NCBI GenBank assembly: GCA_947476185.1
Contig: CANJPX010000002.1
Span: forward strand, 2,810 to 66,809
DNA length: 64,000 nucleotides
Direction: 5' to 3'
Source of the DNA: Bacteroidota bacterium
GTDB lineage: Bacteria; Bacteroidota; Bacteroidia; 2-12-FULL-35-15
The notes under the pieces are model-generated. The model saw nothing but the letters and a program-made list of their open reading frames with translations, ran no database searches and was not told the DNA's origin. This document shows, piece by piece, positions 33,062 through 42,845 of this stretch. Each line of letters opens with the position of its first letter. The first letter of the stretch is position 1. The position numbers and the translations under genes are program-made.

Positions 33062-34393
33062 ATGGATTCATTAAAAGATAAATTCGCTGAAAAAGCTGGC
33101 CCAATGGCCGCTGAAGTAAAAAAGATCATCAAAGAAAAAGGTGATGTAAAATTGGGAGAATATACTGTTGCGCAAGTATACCAAGGAATGAAAGGCATTG
33201 TTGGCCTGGTAACAGAAACATCGAAACTGGATCCTGAAGAAGGAATTCGCTTTCGCGGATATACAATTCCGGAATTACGTGAAAAACTTCCAAAAGCTCC
33301 GGGTGGAACAGAACCATTGCCTGAAGGGATTTTCTACCTAATGTTATTAGGTGAATTACCAACGCAAGAAGATGTATTAAATCTTGGAAATGTTTGGGCT
33401 CGCAGAGCGATTGTTCCAAAACACGTTTTTGATGTGTTGGACAAACTACCAACTGCAACACACCCTATGACTCAGTTCGTTATTGCAATTATGGCAATGC
33501 AAACCGAATCGTTGTTCGCTGCTGCTTATAAAAAAGGTGTAAACAAAAAAGATTATTGGGATTATACATACGAAGATTCAATGAATCTTATCGCTCGTTT
33601 ACCTCGCGTAGCAGCATATATCTATCGTAGAAAATATAAAAATGGTGTACATATCGAACCGGATCCAAAATTAGATTGGGCAGCAAATCTTGCTCATATG
33701 TTGGGCTACGAAGAATTTGATATGAAACGTTTGATGCGCATGTATATGACCATTCATGCTGATCATGAAGGAGGAAACGTTTCTGCACACACAACACATT
33801 TGGTTGGTTCTGCATTGAGTGATCCATATCTTTCTTTTGCTGCAGGAATGAATGGTTTAGCAGGTCCGTTACATGGATTAGCAAATCAAGAAGTATTGAG
33901 TTGGATATTAGAATTGCGTAAAGAACTAGGTGGTGGATTGCCAACAGAAAAACAAATTGAAGATTATATCAAAAAAACATTGGCTGACGGAAAGGTTGTT
34001 CCAGGATATGGACACGCAGTATTGCGTAAAACAGATCCTAGATTTTCTGCACAACAAGATTTCTATTATCGATACATCAAACCTCAAGGTGCTGATGATC
34101 TTTGCGAAATTGTTCAGATGGTTTACAAAGTTGCTCCTCCTATTTTGGAAAGCACAGGAAAAATTAAAAACCCTTGGCCAAACGTTGATTCTCACTCCGG
34201 TGTATTGTTAACACATTACGGAATGGTTGAACATGAATTCTACACTGTACTGTTCGGGGTTTCAAGAGCATTAGGCGTTTTAGCTTCTTTGGTTTGGGAC
34301 AGAGCATTAGGACATCCGCTTGAGCGTCCGGGTTCAATCACCACAGAGGGCATCAAAAAGAAAATTGCTGCTGCTGAAGCTACAAAAGCATAA
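33062..34393 (+). CDS. gltA: citrate synthase (type II)
   Basis: HADHEGGNVSAHT and GYGHAVLRKTDPR motifs. 443 aa. Confidence 0.93.
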   Translation: MDSLKDKFAEKAGPMAAEVKKIIKEKGDVKLGEYTVAQVYQGMKGIVGLVTETSKLDPEEGIRFRGYTIPELREKLPKAPGGTEPLPEGIFYLMLLGELPTQEDVLNLGNVWARRAIVPKHVFDVLDKLPTATHPMTQFVIAIMAMQTESLFAAAYKKGVNKKDYWDYTYEDSMNLIARLPRVAAYIYRRKYKNGVHIEPDPKLDWAANLAHMLGYEEFDMKRLMRMYMTIHADHEGGNVSAHTTHLVGSALSDPYLSFAAGMNGLAGPLHGLANQEVLSWILELRKELGGGLPTEKQIEDYIKKTLADGKVVPGYGHAVLRKTDPRFSAQQDFYYRYIKPQGADDLCEIVQMVYKVAPPILESTGKIKNPWPNVDSHSGVLLTHYGMVEHEFYTVLFGVSRALGVLASLVWDRALGHPLERPGSITTEGIKKKIAAAEATKA

Positions 34394-34397
34394 AATT

Positions 34398-34428
34398 AAA
34401 TCCCGGTATATCCGGGATTTTTTTTTGT
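34398..34428 (+). terminator. rho-independent terminator after gltA
   Basis: aaatcccggtatatccgggattt hairpin plus T8. Confidence 0.65.
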
Positions 34429-34469
34429 ATCTTTTTAGAACTATTGCGTTATTATGCTAAAGTGTATTT

Positions 34470-35321
34470 ATGAAAAAAAATATTTTATTTTTATTTTCAA
34501 TTGTGATCAATGTATTTGCATTTGCGCAAACAAAAACAATTATTTATTTTGATTCCAATAAAAATGAATTGAAACAAAATTCCTTCAGGGAGCTTGACTC
34601 ACTTGTTAAATTCCTGAACGCAACAAAAGATTTTCAAATTAGCATCAATGGTTATTGCGACAATTCCGGAACTGAAATAATAAATCAATCTCTATCTGAA
34701 AAACGTGCTGATGTAATTTCCAGCTATTTAAAAAGTAAAAATATTCCTCCACAATTTTTTGCAACAAAAGGTTTTTCCGCAAATAATCCTATTTCAGATA
34801 ATACTTCTGAAACAGGAAAGTCAATGAACAGGAGAACGGAAATACTCATCACTATAAATGCTCCTATAATAGTCAACGATCTTATGGACCATGAAGATAG
34901 ACCTGTCCCACAAAAGCCCGATACAATTATAGTCAAAACAAATGAGTCATTCAATTCTACTAGCACAATTAGTGATCTCGAAATCGGAAAAACACTTGTA
35001 CTTAAAAATTTAAATTTCGAAGGAGGCACAGCTATACTTTTGCCTGAAGCAGAACCCACTCTTAAACTCCTTCTAAAAACAATGAAAAAAAATCCAACTT
35101 TGGAAATTGAAATTGGCGGACACGTTTGTTGTGCTGACGATATGCCATTATCAGTTCTTCGTGCTAAAACTGTTTACAAATATCTGATCGAAAAAGGAAT
35201 TGATGAATCACGTTTGAAATATAAAGGATACAGCAGGAATAAACCTATTTATGAAGATGACAGAAACCCGTTCGAAGCAAAAGCAAACAGAAGGGTGGAG
35301 ATAACTGTTTTAAAAAAATAA
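34470..35321 (+). CDS. OmpA-family protein with two OmpA-like C-terminal domains
   Basis: Signal peptide. NGYCDNSGTEIINQSLSEKRA and ...NRRVEITVL OmpA motifs, each present twice. Confidence 0.75.
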   Translation: MKKNILFLFSIVINVFAFAQTKTIIYFDSNKNELKQNSFRELDSLVKFLNATKDFQISINGYCDNSGTEIINQSLSEKRADVISSYLKSKNIPPQFFATKGFSANNPISDNTSETGKSMNRRTEILITINAPIIVNDLMDHEDRPVPQKPDTIIVKTNESFNSTSTISDLEIGKTLVLKNLNFEGGTAILLPEAEPTLKLLLKTMKKNPTLEIEIGGHVCCADDMPLSVLRAKTVYKYLIEKGIDESRLKYKGYSRNKPIYEDDRNPFEAKANRRVEITVLKK

Positions 35322-35336
35322 AATTTTAAAATCTCA

Positions 35337-37196
35337 CTAAATAATTCCAAACAAAGATTTACCCTTTACACCTAAAGCATCAATACGTTTTTCAATTTCA
35401 GGATCCTTAATTAATGGAGCTGCATGATGTGGTTTGATCCGCGCGTCAATGATCAAAGAACCATTACAACCCCAGTGTTTATTTTCTGTAAAACTATCAA
35501 TCCCATAAATATCGTGAGAAGGATTGCTTCGTGTAAATGTCACCCAGAGAAAATTATTTAATTTTTGAGAAACAAAATCAGGATCATCACATATTATTAT
35601 CAAAGGAAAACACTTTTGCTGATTTCCATCCGCTGCCTTAAAGAAAATATTATTTTCTAGTTGTTTGCAAAGTTGTTCTATCTGCTTTTTTGTTGTGTGA
35701 GAATCGGTATATTTATCAGCACGAATTGCAATAATACCCGGCAACAGAACTTTTGGATCTTTAAAACCATCCGGTAAATTTAATTCAGATAACGTTGTCG
35801 CAAGTTCTCTTTTCTTTTCCCCTGCCGCAGCAATAACAACTTTACTACCGCTGTTCAAGCCATCACCACTGTAATCCAAGGTATCAATCGAAGTTCGTGT
35901 GTAAAAATGCAGATCCCGTTTCCAATCAACACGTTCTAAAACATGCACAAAATAATCCGCTACATTGTGAGTTGTTAATTTAGGATTGTCTTCTCCGGCA
36001 ATTATAAATAAATATTTCGCCAGACTCAATTGTCCTTTTCCTAAAATATGATTTGCAATCGTTAAAATTTCCTGAGGTTTCCGTTCCTTATAATATGGAG
36101 TATACCGTTCGCTTCCAATAGCCAACAATAGAGGATGAACACCTGAAGCATCCACAGCATGAACATCTTTTAATCCAGGAATTTCATTTGGAATTGCATT
36201 ACCTGTAATTTCATGTATCAGTGCTCCGAAACTTGTATCTTCCTGAGGCGGACGGCCAACCACAGTAAATGGCCAGATCGCATTGTCTCGATGATACACT
36301 TTATGGATTCGCATCAATGGGAAATCATGCTTCAAACTATAATATCCTAAATGATCACCAAACGGACCTTCAGCTTTATTTTCATTAGGATAAACTTCTC
36401 CTGTTATTACAAAATCTGCATCGGATGCAATGCAAAAATCATCTTCATAAGAATATCGTATTCTCCGGTTTCCAAGAGCACCTGCAAATGTCAACTCGCT
36501 CATCCCTTCCGGCAAAGGCATAACAGCGCCTAATGTGAGTGAAGGCGGCCCGCCAACAAAAATGCTTACTTTCAAAGGTTGACCTTTTGCATTTGATTTT
36601 GTCTGATGAACACCAATTCCACGATGCAACTGATAATGTAATCCTGCTTCTTTATCTTTTATATAATCGTTTCCGCTGATCTGGATACGATACATCCCCA
36701 AATTTGAATTCATTATTCCCGGTTTTTCAATGTCCTCCGAATAGACTAATGGAAGTGTTATAAAAGCTCCACCATCGTTTGGCCAACATTTAATTTGTGG
36801 CAAAGATGAAAGTGTAGTTTGATTTTGTAAAACAGGATTATTGAACCTTGCTCTTTTTGGAAGCGCTGAGAATGCCGTCAATCCAACATTCGCATATTTA
36901 AATGGATGTTTAATTGCCTCCATTGGATTAATTTTCAGATCGATCAGAATTTTTATTTTTTCGATAGTATCCCGAAAAATAAATTTACTTCTATCAACAG
37001 AACCATACAAATTAGAAACAGCCTTGAATTTACAATCTTTTATATTTTCAAATAAAATTGCAGGGCCGTTATTTTCAAATACCCTTAAGTGAATTGCAGC
37101 CATTTCCAAATCCGAACTTACTTCTTCTTTCACACGGATCAAATGTCCGTGCTTTTCCAGATCATTGACGCAATCTTGAGTGTTTTTATATCCCAT
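35337..37196 (-). CDS. UbiD-family decarboxylase (menaquinone-biosynthesis decarboxylase type)
   Basis: 619 aa. UbiD-like core. Fits the futalosine-pathway context. Confidence 0.65.
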   Translation of the reverse strand: MGYKNTQDCVNDLEKHGHLIRVKEEVSSDLEMAAIHLRVFENNGPAILFENIKDCKFKAVSNLYGSVDRSKFIFRDTIEKIKILIDLKINPMEAIKHPFKYANVGLTAFSALPKRARFNNPVLQNQTTLSSLPQIKCWPNDGGAFITLPLVYSEDIEKPGIMNSNLGMYRIQISGNDYIKDKEAGLHYQLHRGIGVHQTKSNAKGQPLKVSIFVGGPPSLTLGAVMPLPEGMSELTFAGALGNRRIRYSYEDDFCIASDADFVITGEVYPNENKAEGPFGDHLGYYSLKHDFPLMRIHKVYHRDNAIWPFTVVGRPPQEDTSFGALIHEITGNAIPNEIPGLKDVHAVDASGVHPLLLAIGSERYTPYYKERKPQEILTIANHILGKGQLSLAKYLFIIAGEDNPKLTTHNVADYFVHVLERVDWKRDLHFYTRTSIDTLDYSGDGLNSGSKVVIAAAGEKKRELATTLSELNLPDGFKDPKVLLPGIIAIRADKYTDSHTTKKQIEQLCKQLENNIFFKAADGNQQKCFPLIIICDDPDFVSQKLNNFLWVTFTRSNPSHDIYGIDSFTENKHWGCNGSLIIDARIKPHHAAPLIKDPEIEKRIDALGVKGKSLFGII

Positions 37197-37305
37197 AACT
37201 AATTACTTCAGGGCTTTACCTGACAAACACAGATCACAAAATCTGCGTAATTTTTTATTTATTTTTCAAAGTTTTACTTAAAGACATGCTTAAAACCTAT
37301 CATAC

Positions 37306-39750
37306 TTAATGCGTTACCACAAATTTACTTTTGGCAACAACGCCATCCTTTGTTTTTAAGGAAATAAAATACATTCCATTTGAAAACGAAGCTGTATTGA
37401 TAATAACGTTATTTTGTAGATTCAGTTTTTCTTTATGAATGACTTTGCCCGAAACATCAGTAACAAGAAGTATAGAATTCTCAGAAATTTTGATCTGCGA
37501 TGACAAAAGTTCCACTGTAATTTTGTCCTTTGCGGGATTAGGATAAATTTTTAATCCTTGATCCTGTTTTGCTGAAGTGTGACTTTGAATTCCTGAAGCA
37601 TAATCCATCATCGCAAAAACATATTCACCAAGTTGAAGTGAATCAATTGTTATTATTCCTCTTTTATCAGTGTTAATGCTCATCATATTTTTACTGTAAT
37701 TTGGATAAACACTCCAATTCACAGCAGCATTCCTTCGATATAACAATACGAGGCTATCCTCCAATGTATTTATCAGATCATTATCTAACCAAAGGGATCC
37801 GGCAAAAGACGAGGTTCTTCCATCGTAATTAACAGTCGCCTTTGAATAAAATGTCGCAGGTAAAATCCCATCAACTTTCCAATAATGATTAGGAGACAAA
37901 CGGAAAGGAATTGCAAATGCAGGATCAGGCGCAGTAAAATTATGTTCAATACGTATAAAAGCAGAATCAGAAATACTTATTACATTTAAATTCATCTTAG
38001 CATTTGCAAAACTCACCGCACCGCTAGTCTTTATTTTTTTATACTCAGGAGCAACAGCGTGACTGATCTTCTCTCCAAAGTTAATGACAATAAATTTTGG
38101 ATCAAAGGGCACCGTAAAGTTGAAAGAAGCGTTTGGACCTGACATCACCAATTTCTGAGTATTTTCTGTCCAGTCAGAAGCCTTAAAAGTAACTTCCAAG
38201 GGAACGTTAGTAAAATACGCAGGAGCGTCAGTCAATTTTTGTTTAACAAAAACAGTCACATTAAAATTCGATCCGCTCGGAACAATAGTACTTGAGTCAA
38301 TTGAAAAGTGAGGCCATCCGGGATTAAAGACCCATCCATTAAAAAAATCTGACATATCAATTCCGCTGGCTGCTGTTAAGGCATTTTGAAAATCTAAACT
38401 TGAAACATCATTAAAATTGTTATTCGCTAAATATGTTTTAACCGAATAGAAAAACAAACTATCGCCCATGTAACCGCGCATGGTATGGGCAACATCAGCA
38501 CCTTTATTGTAAACGTGATCACCATAGGTAAAAGTTTGTGGAATATTAGACAGCGTTAATACACCTTCTTTAGGAGTATTAAAATGCAAATTATCTTCAT
38601 GATTTGCTCTCACATATGTCAGATAACTGCTATAGCCATTCAACGTTTCGAAGAATAGAAACTCACAATAGTGTGCCCAACCTTCATTCAACCACATATC
38701 TTCAGCGGTGCGACAAGTTGCAAGGTCACCAAACCAATGATGTGATAATTCGTGAACAAATAAATTCTGATAGGTCAGAGAACCTGTTGCCGTTGCTTTC
38801 GGATATGCAATATTTGTGGCGTGCTCCATTGCACCGGAATTAAAAGGAACCATGGAGTAGCCAACTTTATTCCACATATATGGTCCAAAATGATTTTCAA
38901 ATGTAGAAAGCGCAAGAGGAAGATTAATAAATGAACTTTTAACCGCTGTTGTATCCGTGGCAACTGCAGCAATAACGATAGGAACGGTTGCAGCAATGCC
39001 ATTATATGTTTGATTGATCTGTGCATAATTTGCGACAGCAACGCAAGCTAAATAACTTGGTATTTGTTCATTCAAGATCCATTTCCGTGTACGGTCTCCT
39101 CCACCATCAGTAGTATCTTTCGCTAAATAACCATTACAGTATGCTAACTTTCCACCATTCGTTGTGATATTAAACTCGTAGGAAGAGCGTTCCACAAAAT
39201 TATCAAAACATGGAAACCAAACTCTACCATATACGTGAGGCAAAGCGGCAAAACCAACACCTAAATTATACGCATAGCCACTCTGAAAATAAAAGCCACC
39301 CCAACCGGATGCATCTCCTTGAGGTGTTCCGTGATAATAAACGATAACATTAGCTGTATCTCCAATATTATAAGTGGCAGGTAAATTTAACTGTAACAGG
39401 GTATCATTATATGAGGAAGCAAGAGTTACTCCTCCTAATTTTACGGAATCAAGTATCAATTTCAAAAGATCCAAATTCAATTTATTTACTCCATTGATCT
39501 TTGGAGTAAATTTCACTTTTGTATTTCCCTTAATAACATTAGTGGTAAAATCTGTAATATTTAAATTGATCGTATAATTTAAAATATCAATAGTATCGCT
39601 CCGTAAATTAGAAGCCATAGTTGTTACATCAGTGGAAAAAGATTTTCCTGAATGAATTGGATCATGTTTTTGCTGACAAGATTGAGCAACAATAGCTGAA
39701 GAAAGACAACAGCAAATTATAAGTTGAGAAATCAAAAACAGCTTTTTCAT
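37306..39750 (-). CDS. M1-family metallopeptidase with T9SS C-terminal sorting domain
   Basis: Signal peptide. HELSHHWFGDLATCRTAEDMWLNEGWAHY (HExxH..E). C-terminal KIYPNPAKDKITVEL...GMYFISLKT CTD. Confidence 0.8.
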   Translation of the reverse strand: MKKLFLISQLIICCCLSSAIVAQSCQQKHDPIHSGKSFSTDVTTMASNLRSDTIDILNYTINLNITDFTTNVIKGNTKVKFTPKINGVNKLNLDLLKLILDSVKLGGVTLASSYNDTLLQLNLPATYNIGDTANVIVYYHGTPQGDASGWGGFYFQSGYAYNLGVGFAALPHVYGRVWFPCFDNFVERSSYEFNITTNGGKLAYCNGYLAKDTTDGGGDRTRKWILNEQIPSYLACVAVANYAQINQTYNGIAATVPIVIAAVATDTTAVKSSFINLPLALSTFENHFGPYMWNKVGYSMVPFNSGAMEHATNIAYPKATATGSLTYQNLFVHELSHHWFGDLATCRTAEDMWLNEGWAHYCEFLFFETLNGYSSYLTYVRANHEDNLHFNTPKEGVLTLSNIPQTFTYGDHVYNKGADVAHTMRGYMGDSLFFYSVKTYLANNNFNDVSSLDFQNALTAASGIDMSDFFNGWVFNPGWPHFSIDSSTIVPSGSNFNVTVFVKQKLTDAPAYFTNVPLEVTFKASDWTENTQKLVMSGPNASFNFTVPFDPKFIVINFGEKISHAVAPEYKKIKTSGAVSFANAKMNLNVISISDSAFIRIEHNFTAPDPAFAIPFRLSPNHYWKVDGILPATFYSKATVNYDGRTSSFAGSLWLDNDLINTLEDSLVLLYRRNAAVNWSVYPNYSKNMMSINTDKRGIITIDSLQLGEYVFAMMDYASGIQSHTSAKQDQGLKIYPNPAKDKITVELLSSQIKISENSILLVTDVSGKVIHKEKLNLQNNVIINTASFSNGMYFISLKTKDGVVAKSKFVVTH

Positions 39751-39906
39751 TGGCCAGAAATTTGGAGTAATAAATATAATAAAATGAAGAGAACTAACCC
39801 AAGGGAAAATATTTTTTGAAAAAAGCTTTTACAACATTAACCAAATGCAAAAAAATACTATAAAACATTAGAAAAAGTGCATGCCTAAAGGAATAAAAAA
39901 TTCATT

Positions 39907-40296
39907 TTATGAATTAGCTTCATCAAACATTTCCTGCATTGCTCCTAGATAGTATGCACCCCAACCGTCAGCAATGCTATTTACTGATTTTTCGGGAACG
40001 TCTTCGTGAAGTAATTCCACTATGGTTGTTTTTCCTTTTCCTTTTAGAGTAAAGGTAACTTTTGAAGGTTTTTCCCATTGATCATAACACCACTCCTGAA
40101 CAAGTTTTTTATTTTTTACAACTTCAATATTGGTACCATACATCTGACCGCCCCAAAGAGAAAATGTGGAGCCAACCTCAGAACCCATTTTCGCCTCATC
40201 CCCACTCCAATCCTGAATGATGTCAGGATTAACCAATGCCTCAAATACCTGTTCAGGTGAAGCTTTCATCTCATATGTTTGTTCTATTGTCGGCAT
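39907..40296 (-). CDS. SRPBCC-fold protein (AHSA1/activator-of-Hsp90-ATPase-like)
   Basis: 129 aa. Composition and motifs of the AHSA1-like SRPBCC family. Confidence 0.55.
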   Translation of the reverse strand: MPTIEQTYEMKASPEQVFEALVNPDIIQDWSGDEAKMGSEVGSTFSLWGGQMYGTNIEVVKNKKLVQEWCYDQWEKPSKVTFTLKGKGKTTIVELLHEDVPEKSVNSIADGWGAYYLGAMQEMFDEANS

Positions 40297-40376
40297 TTTT
40301 TTATTGTTAAATAATTATAATCGAAATTAGTTAAAATATGCCTACTACCCATTTCAGAAACATAAAACTTATCAAC

Positions 40377-41783
40377 CTAAAAAGAGCCGGCAATTTTCCC
40401 GGTTAAATTTATTTTAAACATCAGATCATTATAAATATTTTGTTCTGGCAAATATTTTATTTCATACCCATCCGAAATATATTGATTCATTTTTTCCGAA
40501 TTAATATAGGACTCTAGAATCACTAATTTATTTGAAAAATCGGGGGCCATCGTGACCATAATTTCATTGTACCACCATCCAGCGATCAGAACAGTTTTTG
40601 AATTGATAACTTTCAATTTTTGAATAAGATCATTTGTATACTTCATTTTCTGTAACCTCTTTGAATAATCAGAGAATACCGGACCTGAGAATGGATCAAA
40701 AAATATTTCTTGTCCGGACACCATAAACAAAACGGAATGGTCAGAATAGGCAGCACCCCTCAATTTATCAGTCAGATTTATGCTACAAACAAATGATGAA
40801 AGAATAAAAGAGAGACATAAAAATTTAAACATTCTGGTATTTAAAAAATATCCAAAAAGTAGAATAACGAAAGGAAGTATTGAGATCATGTATCCCGATT
40901 TTTGTGGTAACCTGAAATAGGAAATGATGAACAATACAACAGCCGCATAACTCGCTACAATTATTTTCTTTCCCAATTTGAATTGAAACAGCGCTCCGAA
41001 ATTTTCTCTTTTCCTGTTCAGTATAATCCACCCTTTGCAAATGGCAATCGCAAAAAGCCCAACAGTGCCGAATACACCCAAAGTCATTTTGTATATTACT
41101 TTTGTCATCGGAGGATATGGAAACTGATCGTAATACATAAAAAATGAAAGACCAAATTGCTTGATGATCGGAGAAAATGAAATTACTACAATGACTATCA
41201 TCGGAGCAACGATCTTAAAAAAACGATTGACATTTGTCTTTATGTTTTCTTGTTGCCATGAAATAATCATGAAGGGCAAAAGCATAGCTCCACTTGTCAC
41301 TCTGCATCCTACAGCAAGTCCAAGAAAAATTCCAACAATTAAAAATTGATCGTTCAATAAAAAATAGAAAGCGATCAATATAAAAGCGGATGTCCAAACA
41401 AAATCAATTGTATAAGTGCTGCTGACATAAAAAACAGGAATGAAAGCAAAGGCTAAGGCAGCAATAAAAAAATGTTGGAAATTCAATTGCTTTAAAATAA
41501 GAGAAAAGAAAACTGTTGCAATAGCGCTAAAAAAAGCACAAAGTCCGTTAAATACAACCGGACCGCAGCCCCACAAAACAGAATAAATAAGTTCCTGAAC
41601 GGGATGACCGGGAAATCGAGAAGGCTCATATATGCCTGATAATTTTGTATGAAAGGCCGCGAGAGCGATCCCCCAAGAATCCTCCTCTACTCCATAACCC
41701 GCAGAAAGAAATGGTAATCTGGAAATAAATACAACAGTGAAAAGAGTAATGAATGGAAGATATTTTCTATCGAAGAAATTCAT
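40377..41783 (-). CDS. polytopic membrane protein, probable GT-C glycosyltransferase (ArnT/PMT-like)
   Basis: ~11 TM helices. GVEEDSWG acidic motif in the first loop. Soluble C-terminal domain. Confidence 0.45.
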   Translation of the reverse strand: MNFFDRKYLPFITLFTVVFISRLPFLSAGYGVEEDSWGIALAAFHTKLSGIYEPSRFPGHPVQELIYSVLWGCGPVVFNGLCAFFSAIATVFFSLILKQLNFQHFFIAALAFAFIPVFYVSSTYTIDFVWTSAFILIAFYFLLNDQFLIVGIFLGLAVGCRVTSGAMLLPFMIISWQQENIKTNVNRFFKIVAPMIVIVVISFSPIIKQFGLSFFMYYDQFPYPPMTKVIYKMTLGVFGTVGLFAIAICKGWIILNRKRENFGALFQFKLGKKIIVASYAAVVLFIISYFRLPQKSGYMISILPFVILLFGYFLNTRMFKFLCLSFILSSFVCSINLTDKLRGAAYSDHSVLFMVSGQEIFFDPFSGPVFSDYSKRLQKMKYTNDLIQKLKVINSKTVLIAGWWYNEIMVTMAPDFSNKLVILESYINSEKMNQYISDGYEIKYLPEQNIYNDLMFKINLTGKIAGSF

Positions 41784-41784
41784 T

Positions 41785-42546
41785 TTAGTGCACTAATCGT
41801 TGACTCACTGCTTCATATAAAATTATTCCTGCAGCAACGGATACATTTAATGAACCTATCTCTCCCATCAATGGAATTTTTGCTTTTCCATCCGACTTCT
41901 GAAGGTATTCGTTTAATATTCCATCCTCCTCAGAACCCATAATAATTGCAGTAGGAACAGTGAAATCGATCTGGAAATAATAATCAGTTGTTTTTTCGGT
42001 GCATGCAATAATCTGAAGTCCGCACTCATGCAAATAATCGATTGTCGCTTTTAAATTCTCTTCTTTACAAACCGGAATTTTTTGTAATGCTCCTGTAGAT
42101 GTCTTTATTGCATCAGCATTTATCTGTGCACTTCCGCGGGAAGGAATAATTATCGCATTTACACCTGAACATTCAGCTGTACGGGCAATAGCACCGAAAT
42201 TACGAACATCCGTTATTCGATCTAAGATCAACAATAAAGGAACTTTTCCACTTTCGAAAACACCGGGAAGCACATCCTGGATCTTATGATAGCTAATCGA
42301 AGAAATATAACCAACAACACCTTGATGATTTTTTTGGGTAAGGCGATTTAACTTCTCGAGAGGAACATATTGAAAAGCAATATTATTTTGTTTCAACAAG
42401 ATCATCAACTGACTAACCAATTCGCCTTTAAGTCCGCTTTGAACTAATAGCTTATCGATCTCCTTTCCTGATCTGATCGTTTCGATGATCGGTCGTAAAC
42501 CAAATATCAAACTTTCTTCTTCTCGTTGTTGTTGTTTTGTCTGCAT
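41785..42546 (-). CDS. rlmB: SpoU/TrmH-family rRNA 2'-O-methyltransferase (RlmB-like)
   Basis: N-terminal L30e-like substrate-binding domain plus SPOUT domain. 253 aa. Confidence 0.75.
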   Translation of the reverse strand: MQTKQQQREEESLIFGLRPIIETIRSGKEIDKLLVQSGLKGELVSQLMILLKQNNIAFQYVPLEKLNRLTQKNHQGVVGYISSISYHKIQDVLPGVFESGKVPLLLILDRITDVRNFGAIARTAECSGVNAIIIPSRGSAQINADAIKTSTGALQKIPVCKEENLKATIDYLHECGLQIIACTEKTTDYYFQIDFTVPTAIIMGSEEDGILNEYLQKSDGKAKIPLMGEIGSLNVSVAAGIILYEAVSQRLVH

Positions 42547-42615
42547 AAAATTTTTATTATTCGTTATAATCTAATAATCTTCGGTTCTGTTCAAACTTAC
42601 CAAGGCGAAGAACTA

Positions 42616-42700
42616 GTGTGTGTGTGTTGTCATATTGAGCCTGTCGAAGCATGTGGATGGGCTTATGCACACTCTTCGACAAGCTCAGAGTGACAACCGC
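42616..42700. repeat. MITE-like inverted-repeat element, copy 1 (TIR TTGTCAtatTGAG / CTCAGAGTGACAA)
   Basis: Imperfect 24-bp stem around a 24-nt loop. Flanked by GTGTGTGTG. A second copy lies at 49053-49165 in inverse orientation. Confidence 0.7.
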
Positions 42701-42845
42701 ACCTCGCCATTTCCACTCCTACCAAAATATCCACTGCCGTTTCGAGAGATTATGTTGTTGTTACTCTAGGCAATAATAAAAACATTTCGATATTTTAAAA
42801 CTTCTCATCATAAACAATTCCGATCACACTGATCGAAGTCAAATA

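Noticed and set aside
37197-37305. Possible terminator hairpin (cagat-N6-atctg plus T-run) between the UbiD-type gene and the M1-CTD peptidase gene
   Set aside because: The stem is only 5 bp, and on the + strand it follows no + strand gene. On the - strand it lacks a U-tract. Too weak to call.
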